Shown here: piece after piece, positions 54,513 through 64,000 of the stretch
Numbering within the stretch: the stretch's first letter is position 1
How the letters are laid out: the number at the start of each line of letters is the position of its first letter
DNA from: Octopus vulgaris
Taxonomy: Eukaryota
Direction of reading: 5' to 3'
Length of the DNA stretch: 64,000 nucleotides
Assembly (NCBI GenBank): GCA_951406725.2
Contig: OX597823.1
Location: 56,110,001 to 56,174,000, forward strand
Notes under the pieces: model-generated
The model's database searches: none
What the model saw: the letters and a program-made list of their open reading frames with translations, nothing else
Told to the model about the DNA's origin: nothing
Translations under genes and position numbers: made by a program

Positions 54513-55650
54513 GCAAACACGTCCAAACTCACTCATATATATTCTTTAGTTTACAGATACTTAAAATATTCTACTTATATTTCATATTTAGATAACATAT
54601 TTAGTAATATGCAACAACACAGTTGCAACATATTTCATTCGCAGAATTATATTTACATACGTATTTTAGTAAACATCTACTACATCGTGTGAACACTTAT
54701 TATGAACAAGACGTGTACTGAAATCAAAAACGGCATTATGTCACTACTTTTCATAACATGCATTATAATAAGTCAAGTAAATACACCAACGAACATAAAG
54801 TGCTTTGATGCACATCGCTGCTTTTATTCACTACAAACCTATATTTTACACGACCATCTTATTCGTAGATATATATATTTACCCTGTTTTATATTCTGCG
54901 ACATATAATGTCATATGATTTTCCGTTAGACAAGAAACATTATAATACTTGGAGTCTAGTACCAGCTGTTTCTTATAATACAAATCAGTATCCTTTGATA
55001 ATTTCAATTACGAGGTGACGGACTGCTAACACAAAGATGGACGGTATGTTTCATATTGTTGGCTATGATTTGTTATGAAAACTTTATATGTAAATATAAG
55101 CGCATGGATTCATACACAATTACGAAGTTCGCTTCAGAGCATGATTTCCGGTTTAGTTCTACTGTTTTCTCTGCAACTGTCAACACCTCCGTCGACTAAA
55201 GAATTGTGGTTGAAATCTCATAAATGAAATTCCATGAAATTTACCATGGGAATTGTAAATTTAATCAGTTCCCTATTTTATCACCATAATCTAGTCTATG
55301 GCCTCTTTACAAAAGTCCTTTATGTTTCAGATATTCAAGTTTCCAGGTCTCCCGTACATTTCCTTCCACATTCCTCAAGAGCACCGTAAAGCGTCGTGGT
55401 TCTGCTTTTATTCCTCTAAGCCATTACAATCTATTTATTAAAGATTGTTAATTGTTATAACTATTGAGAGAATTGCATAAAGATGGAATTTTTTCTAACC
55501 TAAGATTTTAACGACCCTGGAAAGAGTGATAGAAATCACTTCAGTCTCCATTTTAGATAAGGATATTATCCCAATGTCCGCCAGTCGTTTCTAACCTTCT
55601 CGTCATGAAATCTTTATAATGAATAAACATATTATCGTTATATTTTTCAG

Positions 55651-55680
55651 CTCCTAAAACAACAATATCATTTACAACAG
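55651..55680 (+). CDS. 30-nt microexon (APKTTISFTT)
   Basis: tatttttcAG / GTAAGA; phase 1-1. Confidence 0.75.
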
Positions 55681-56682
55681 GTAAGATTTTATTCACACAC
55701 ACACACACGCACAAATACACGCCAATACACAAACGCGTGCACGTACACACGCACACATGCACATACACACACACACATAGAAACATACCCACACACGCAT
55801 TCTCATTTATTCAGTTCTCCAGATCCCTGCTCATTCCTGGCAGCTAGACACCGTCACGCCCATTGTTTATACGTCTTTTGCTGCTATTGCGAGAGGTAAC
55901 CTCATGTCTTCATGATTCTGAAAGCCGCAGATCTTAGGTTGTCTTCCATGTGGGCTGATTTTTTCCCTACCTTCAAAAAACAAAGAAAAAGCAGATGGAA
56001 GATCATGATATAATAGTTTAGTAAACCACGGGCAATAAATTACGGTATTGTATATGGAAACGTGGGTGATAGATTATGACACAAAATGATAGAGAACCAC
56101 AGGTCATAAGTGAGGCTCCTACATGCTTGGGAAATGCAAACGATAAAATGTGGATACAAATACATTCGGGAATTTCGTTATTCAATATAACTCTTTTATC
56201 TTTTATCTATTACTTGTTTCAGTCATTAGACTGCAATCATACTGGGGAACCATCTTTCAGTGTTTTTTAATCGAACGAATCGACCCCAATACTTACTTTT
56301 TCTAAAAGTCTGGTACTTATGGTATCGGCCTCTTTTGCCGAACTGGTACGTTACGGGGACGTAAACACACCAACGCTAGTTGTCAAGCGGTGATGAGGGA
56401 CAAATACAAATACACACACACACATTCATATATATACATGTGTGTGCGCGCGTGTGTATACATATACATATAGGACGGGCTTCTATCAGTTTCCGTCTAC
56501 CAAATCTACTCACTGGACTTTGGTTCCCATCTTACCTAACGTGTGGGGCTGAACCTGGAACGATGTGATTTAGAAGTAAACTTCTTACCACTATAGCTAC
56601 GCTTGCGCCTGTTAAAATTATATCACAGGTAGATAAAATTATATTACATTTTTTTTTTCTACTCAATCTCTTTGTTATACAG

Positions 56683-56942
56683 GTGCGACGTGTGATGCGA
56701 TAACACTCGATTACAATTCAGTTGAAGTATTGATTAAATCTTCAAGTTCTCTTACCCCGCCACGCGATGTTTTAAAAGGATCGAACAAGAACTGGGTTTC
56801 TAAGGACGAACAGAATATATGGTTAGAAATCAGTTTTCAAACAACATATGACGTAAGAGTTTTAGAAATAGGCTTCGTTTTAGACAACGCCTTTAGCTTC
56901 CAATTGGATTATGTCAAAGAAAACATAGTGGTTGATACAAAG
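56683..56942 (+). CDS. Exon: probable divergent F5/8 type C (discoidin)-like domain N-part (GATCDAITLD...IKSSSS...NWVSKDEQNIWLEISF...VRVLEIG...DTK)
   Basis: tacAG / GTAAGA; phase 1 to 0; N-terminal Cys, SS, W...WLEI.F pattern resembling FA58C. Domain call is inference. Confidence 0.75.
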
Positions 56943-57059
56943 GTAAGATAACTTTTTCCTGTCTCCTACGGTTGCATGATATCTAATATTTTTGTTATTC
57001 TTATTGTTTTTGTTGTGTTTTCATCGTCGTCGTCGTTGTCGTTGTTATTGTTGTTAACC

Positions 57060-57420
57060 AAATGTGAGCTCTAAACTTATTTCTTTTCTCTGTCGAGCTT
57101 AGCTTATACATTCTGCTGCTGTTAAAGTGAGGTTTGCACTTCTCCAGGACTCTCTACTTGATGTTGCAATCCGTGGCGCTTTCCTTCAACGACTGGCCAA
57201 GACTGTAACATTGTGTCTCTCTTGGATATAAAAGAGGATATATGGTTGCTAAATTTGCTCTTGAAAGGGTCTTCTGTCGCGCACTCATACCCCCGCGCAT
57301 TTGATTACCCGCAGGGGCCCTCCTTTCACACCACGTCTGCCTCGTATTCGACTTTCTTGTGTTGTAATGGTCTTATAGAGACATGTGGTGTTGTCTCTGT
57401 ATGAGCATTCTGTCTTTGTT
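57060..57420 (-). pseudogene. Decayed Penelope-like GIY-YIG endonuclease region
   Basis: Minus-strand translation resembles PFKSKFSNHISSF...CNIK*RVLEKCKPHFNSSR...TEK; recognised by eye only. Confidence 0.45.
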
Positions 57421-58424
57421 TCAGACGTGTGATTACCTACTGACATTTTCCTTTATATTGGAGCCACAACTAATAGAAACTCTTAAAGTGTTAAATATTT
57501 TGTGGAACCTATTCGTGCGAGGTAAATGATTATTCACTAAGCTAAAGGACGTGTAACCTACTCAGGTTTTTACGCTTCGGCTGAAAGAGTGTGAACCATA
57601 TAATTTCTGATGGCGTTTCCCCTTGATGGGATTCGAGTCAAGCATGCAACCTATCTAATCTTTATAACCGCTGGCAGCCAGAGCTTCGTTGTGGTGCGAT
57701 GTCAACCGCATCGAAATTCTTTTTTCTTGAAGACAGGCTGGAGAGTTTTCCGTTGCCAACCTTCAATAGGTCCCTGAACACTATGGCTGGATGGCAGGAA
57801 ATTGTTTTAGTATGTGTCGGCTTCTCATTCGCTTCCAATGGAAAGTTTAGTTTTTTTTGTACGTATTCGAGTACTAGTGGCTAAGTATAGAATTACATTT
57901 ATGTTGTTGTTGTTGTTGTTGCTGCTGCTACTGCTGCTGCTACTACTACTGCTGCTGCTGCTGTTGTTGTTGTTGTTTCGGTGTTTAACCTTTATTACAC
58001 ATCCTTGTAAAGATGGTGAGCTGGCTGAATCGTTAGTACGCCGGACAAACTGCCTAACGGCATTTCACCCGCCTTTCCATTCTGAGTTCAAATTCCGCCG
58101 AGGTCCGCTTTGCCTTTCATCCTTTCGGGATCGGTAAAATAAATTCCAGTTTCACACTGAGATCAATGTAATTGACTAGCCTCCTTCCTTAAAGTTTCAG
58201 GCCATGTTCCTATTCTATAAAGGATCATTACGCTGCATGGCCAATTTATTAATGGCGACATGTAAACCCTTGCGCTCAGGCCATTTAAAAATTTCTATTA
58301 TGTGTAGTTTTCTTAATATTAATAATTCGCTAGTTAAATTAAACTGAATAATGATTGTTGAGCTTGGATTAAACAATACGTATCGATGGGAATTTTTTTT
58401 AAATGGGTGTAAATATTATTTGTT

Positions 58425-58477
<53 letters not shown>

Positions 58478-58664
58478 TAAATTAGAGATAAAACCACTAT
58501 TAGGCAAATCAAACAATGAAAAACATAAAAGTAAAAATAATTATTATAATATACAAAATATATAAAATATAAAATTTAAACATTTAAATTATTTAAATTA
58601 AAATTATTAATTTATATTTATAAATTTTTATTTTTTAGTTTTATTTTTTTTCAATATTTTTTAA

Positions 58665-58697
<33 letters not shown>

Positions 58698-58739
58698 CAA
58701 CCTGGAAATCAATAACTGTGTGTATTGTTCTACTTTAAG

Positions 58740-58890
58740 GTGAAAAAGGGGCTTCAAGGACAGGAAAACATCTTGTTCAGCACGCCTGGTGGTACGAAAG
58801 TAAAGACTCTAAAACTAAAAATTACACCGATGCTGAACAGAAACCCCATTGTGGACAACTTGTTTTTAAAAATCTGCAATATGCCTTTCG
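58740..58890 (+). CDS. Exon: discoidin-like domain C-part (VKKGLQGQENILFSTPGGTKVKTLKLKITP...LFLKICNMPF)
   Basis: tttaAG / GTAAGT; phase 0 to 1; terminal Cys would pair with the Cys of the previous exon as in FA58C domains. Confidence 0.75.
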
Positions 58891-60206
58891 GTAAGTTGTT
58901 AAATACTCTTTATTTATTATTATTCTATTGTTCTTTAAAATGCATTGTGAATGTTTGCCTTCAATATAGCACTGAATATATATATATATCCCGCATGGTA
59001 CGATTATAACAGGCTAAACGCTTCAACTAAACCATATAAAAGAAAGCTAATTGTTGAACTGTGTTGGTAATAAAGCACCTATACAGCACATTCTTCGCTG
59101 AAACTACCCCGTTGAATACTTCTTCATAAGGATATCGAGATCGGTAAAGACAGACTCCGGGTGCGTTTGCAGTTATACAATATGCTCTCAGATATTACTT
59201 CGGCGTTTTGTAGAGACTATAATCCAGGAATATTTAATTTTAATAGTATGCATGTGTAAGGCGGCGACTTTGCCTTTCATCATTTCGGGGACGACAAAAG
59301 AAGTGCCAGTCAAGTACTAGGGTCGATGTAATCGACTATCCCACTCCCCACAAATTCCAGGCCTTGTGCCAATAGTAGGAAGGATAATTTTACCTTTTGA
59401 ATACTAGTTAGATACTAGGGTCCATGTAATCGACTTATTCCTCCGCCGAACTTGCTGGCCTTGTGCCAAAATTTGAAATCAATAACATGTATATGCATTT
59501 TCGTATAGTTTTCATATTAATTCTATCCCTTGTTATTAGAACGAAAATCAAGATTCATTCACTAAATAACTGTTTATAAATTGATAGTAACGGTCTTTTT
59601 TTTTCATCTGTTGAAACAGGTATATTGATGAAACATAAATCTAACTTTCTCGCGCTACGTAAAGATTAAAATGGGGTTAGAATAAATGTAACAAATGCAA
59701 AGTTTGAAAGAAATAGCCATTCTTTCATACATTTTATGGGTAAGCAAATAGGAAATAACAGTTTCTATCCAAGGACAAAAATCGTGTTACACAGTGTAAC
59801 AGAACCTGACCGTATTAAAGACTGTTTATTAAGATAAGAGCTGCTTTACAATCTACTTGCACTCAACTTTAACTCATTTCTCTTTTCTTTTGTTCCCTTT
59901 CCCTTTCTTTCTTTTTTTCTTTTATTCTTTTTATTTTTTATTCTATTTTTTTTCTTTTTCTTTTTTCTTTTTTTTTGTTCTTTTCTTCCCTTTTACGATC
60001 CCTCTTGATCGAAAACCTACGCCACCCCCTTTTTTTCATCCCCCAAAAGAAAAGCTCTACCTTGTAACTTGTCCCATCTGTGTGCAGCCCTGTGTGGCCA
60101 ATAAAGAAACTTATATTAAGTAGGTATTTGCTAAACAAACATTTACCAATAATTAAATATTTGGTTAAATAAATATGTAATAATTTGTTGTTTCTTTTAT
60201 TTCCAG

Positions 60207-60232
60207 ACCTTATCAAAACCACAACCACAATG
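60207..60232 (+). CDS. 26-nt Thr-rich microexon (DLIKTTTTM)
   Basis: ttttatttccAG / GTAAGT; phase 1 to 0. Confidence 0.7.
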
Positions 60233-60959
60233 GTAAGTCATTTTTCTAACTTAAAATGACACAACACTCTATTCTTATAATATAACATTGGATCCTTAGC
60301 ATAAAATATATTCTCCCGTCTAAAAAGAAGCTGTACTGGATCGAACTTTTAAATAACATTGCTCCATTATGTATCTTTTATTAGAAGGTTGCATTGACCT
60401 ATAGCCAAAAGTCGCATTGACCCAAGTCAAGGCTAATAATTAAATGGTCCTTATACATAGTCACATTTACTCCAAAAATAAAATCGTTTTGTTTCTTAAT
60501 CAAATCTTACATTGCAGTCAATCTTAATATCCCTTTGGTTCCTAGTCTACATGTTTTTATACCTTCGTCTAATATTACATTATTTTCTTTCTTTAAGGCG
60601 GCGGGCTAGCAGAATCGTTAGCATGCGGGGCAAAATGCTTAGCGGCATTTCAACCGTCTTTAGGTTCTGAACTCAAATTCCGCCGAGGTCGACTATGCCT
60701 TTCATCATTTCGGGGTCGATATAATAACTGTTAGTACAAGCAACTATCCAACTGTTAATCGTAGTCGTTGTGACGTATTTTCGCGTGGTAGTAGTGGTAG
60801 AAGATGATACTGGTGGCATATGTTAAGATGTTGAGCGTAGACGCAGTGATGCATTCAATGAGAGTCAGCGGCCCATCTCCGATCGACTATTTATTTTGGG
60901 GTTGAGGCACTGGATCTATCTATCTTCTTTGATACGAAGATTTCCTGTTTCTCTGCAAG

Positions 60960-62150
60960 GCTAGTATGGAGGCGTCTACCTCTTCGGTTCTGTTGCTGGA
61001 TTTGAAACCTAAGACACCTACTGTCGACTTACCCGCGTTGTGTCACCAGCCTGAACGAGGTCATTCCATGACTGCACCGTCTGGAACTCGACACCCTCAG
61101 ATGCAACAGATAAATCTTCAGCTAAGACGTGATCTCGCTATTCACCTCGGTTCCTGCCCTTCCCACCTTCGACCTGATCAAAGAATGTGACGCCTCCTTG
61201 GACTTAACACTTTTCGGAATTACCACTTCCGACATTCACCAGCTACTGTCAGTCATAGTTGCCAACACACACTTTGATTTCTTTGGCAATACATATAAGC
61301 AGTGTTCAGGCCCATCTATGGGGTCCAGCCTCTCATGCCTGCTCGCTATTATTTACTTAGACTGGCTGGAGTGTAGGGCACTCTGTACCTGCATAGGTTC
61401 CCTTTTGTTGCTTGACTTTAGGCAAAATATCATGAACGAGGGACACTGTGTTCTACAGAAAATCAGCCTGCCGAGACCTATTCGTCTATTAAAAGTTGGT
61501 CCTCCTTATCAGGGCTAAGTTCAGTTACGTGCTTAATGAGATCGCCAGGATACACAAAAGATGCAGTGGCAACACCAGCCTGGACGCACACGCTGCTCAG
61601 TTCCTAAAGGTACTTGGAGCCAACGGATACCCAACGTCCGTTGTTAACTCCATACGCGAACACAAGCAAAATAAATGTTGCAGGAGGCGACCTCTCTAAA
61701 ATCCGCTTCATGAAGATTCCCAACTTAAAAGAGATAACCACCCCAACTATTTACAAGGTCATCCGCCGGGAAAGCCTCGACATTCGAGACCGTCCCAACG
61801 TAAATATCTATCAACGAGGTGGTCACGCACAGAACAACAACCCTGAACACGAGCGGACTTCCCTATTCGTAACAAGCATATGCCTACGTACATATGTAGT
61901 ATGTCAGATACAGTGCTCTAAATGCAATAACTATTACATCGTTAGCACAATCGGCCACTTCACATCTGAAGGAGAACATCACTACCAACGCGTCTTCTTT
62001 CCACAGACAACCAAATGTGACAACTACCAAAGATATGATCGCTTCATGGGGAAACTCAGAGAGGAACGCAGGAAATCTTCGTATCAAAGAAGCTATATTG
62101 ATCCACCGCCTCAACCCGAAAATCAAAAGTCGATCGGAGACTATTAACAC
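60960..62150 (+). pseudogene. Decayed Penelope-like retroelement (RT plus GIY-YIG)
   Basis: FDFFGNTYKQCSGPSMGSSLSCLLAIIYLDWLE (Penelope RT motif) and VVCQIQCSKCNNYYIVST (GIY-YIG-like); frameshifted. Confidence 0.8.
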
Positions 62151-62706
62151 TGAACCTAACCAAGAAATACATTACTCCATCTAAAATCACCGTGTCAGAC
62201 TTTAAAACATGCATTGATTACTGGTATAAAATTAGGCGATCTGTTACCTAAAATATGTATCTCTTAACCTAAAAACATTGATCCCAAGAGCAAAGATCAC
62301 ACTACACACAACCTAAAATTCTTTCGCCTCTCAACTAAAATATTACTGATCTCCTCTAACCTAAAATCCCGTTACTCAGTCTACTTATAAACCTCTTGAG
62401 AGGAATCTGATTTAATGTACCTCATATTACTTTACTTTTCGTACACAGAAACTAAAAACATCTAAAACAAAAATTCAGACAAGGAAACAATGTAAATTTC
62501 ATAATAGCAATTTACTTTCGTATTTAATTTTCCTGACACTATTCCAAATCTTTATTACTTCGTCCGTCTTTACGTTCTCTGTTCAAATTCCACCGAGGTC
62601 GACTTTGCCTTTTATCCTATCGGGGTCGATGAAATAAGTACCAGTTGAGCACTGGGGTCGATTCAATCGACTAACACCCTCCCCCAAATTGCTTATAGTA
62701 GAATGA

Positions 62707-62772
<66 letters not shown>

Positions 62773-62944
62773 AGAATAAGTACCGATAGAATAAGTACTG
62801 GGCTTACAAAGAATAAGTCCCGGGGTCGATTTGCTCGACTAAAGGCGGTGCTCCAGCATGGCCGCAGTCAAATGACTGAAACAACTAAAAGAGTAAAAGA
62901 GAGTAAAGAGTATTATTATCATTATTATCATTATTATTATTATT

Positions 62945-64000
62945 CAGTAGTTTTATTTTTATAGCGTGCTTTCACTTCACTACCGAGCGCAGCTCTGTGT
63001 GCCTTGGGTATGTGCTGTGATTTGTTGTGATGCTCTGATGGTTATTGTATGGAAAGTGTTCTGCGTAGGATGTGTGCAGTGCCTAGTAGTGCAATTTTCT
63101 GTAATTTATTAGGGTTCATTGTTGTATCCAAGTCTATATCTCTATTATTTTCTTTCCATATTTTATATGTATGTGTTGTTGTATTTTCATTTTTTTGGTA
63201 GAGCATTGCTGTGAAGTATGCGAGTAAGATAGAAATGTATTCCTCACGTCTCCATTTACGTCTTTTGAGTTTTATTTGCGGGACATGAGGTACAACGTCC
63301 GGCCCATTATTTTGACGGTCGTCATTTTCGTAGGGTACCGGTCCGTTTATTTCTGTTGTCACATTATTTCGCACGTGTAGTTTTTCGTACATTTTTTGTT
63401 GTAAGTTTAATGTACGTACCGCTCGATTGTTATTCTTGGGTTGAATAGTATCGGTGGCATTTAATTTCTTCGTAGTTCCTTTGTACATGGTGTTTGAGGT
63501 CGGGGATGATCGTGATGTTCCACGCATGTTTACATGTGTTGTGTTAGAGGTGGAGATAATATTGAGTCAAAATACATCATTTCGTTTCGAAAATAGTAAT
63601 AAATTTCAATTAGTATTACTTACTCGGATACAGTCCAATTCTTTGTTAGTAAATCTTTGGCTCCATAGGATGTCCTTGTTTTCGATGTTTGTGGATAGAT
63701 TTCGGAGCTCTGTATTTTCCTTCTTACATCTTAAACGTCCCCGTTGTTATTATTATTATTATTTTGGTTTGGCTCAGATTTTGTCTTATTCCAGGCAGGA
63801 TTTATGTGAGTAACGAGTAGCTAGCTGTAACTTTAGGCATCCACAAGTTTTCTCTAGTCTTTCAAGTGCTTAGAACCCTCCTGATAATCTTTGCTGTCCC
63901 TAAGAGACAAACTTTCTGTGGGAGCTCTACCGGGCATTCTATTCCAATCTCCTTCAGCCATTTGTTTATATTTTGACTTACTGTTCCCAACGCATCAATT
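62945..64000 (-). mobile_element. Internally deleted R4/Dong-like non-LTR retrotransposon next to (TAA)n
   Basis: ORF 63042-63527 joins RRKWRREEYISILLAYF (N-terminal-type motif) to LQKIALLGTAHILRRTL* (C-terminal motif); 3' end runs into a TAA repeat. Confidence 0.65.

Noticed and set aside
59620-59658. Possible 39-nt phase 1-1 exon (GILMKHKSNFLAL)
   Set aside because: Weak donor (C|GTAAAG), composition unlike the neighbouring exons, and not needed for frame.

Overview
Eukaryotic, AT-rich, microsatellite- and SINE-dense genomic DNA. The repeat families and (TA)n/(CA)n/(TAGA)n load look like an octopus/coleoid cephalopod genome; that is my inference from recalled repeat families, not a search. 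The window lies inside one large + strand gene whose start and end are outside it. I reconstructed about 25 phase-compatible exons (1963-60232) encoding TIL/VWC-like - VWD - C8 (CDTGGDCECLC, D3-type) - TIL - VWC-like - 7x LDL-receptor class A - Thr-rich mucin-like segment built from microexons - F5/8 type C (discoidin)-like domain - Thr-rich. This is an SCO-spondin/gel-forming-mucin-like secreted protein. The introns hold tRNA-derived SINEs, Helitron-like non-autonomous elements, Tc1/mariner derivatives, LINE fragments (RTE, CR1-like, R4/Dong-like) and decayed Penelope-like elements. Most notable: (i) fold-back intronic elements carrying Penelope-type minimal hammerhead ribozyme motifs on both arms, one of which also contains an in-frame candidate microexon; (ii) a mucin domain built by tandem duplication of intron+microexon cassettes, including a dead copy; (iii) a GC-AG intron next to a recursive-splice-like site; (iv) an exon whose 3' splice region is Helitron-derived. 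Most ORFs in the supplied track are microsatellite artefacts. Exon coordinates were read by hand from splice signals and reading phase; repeat boundaries are approximate.
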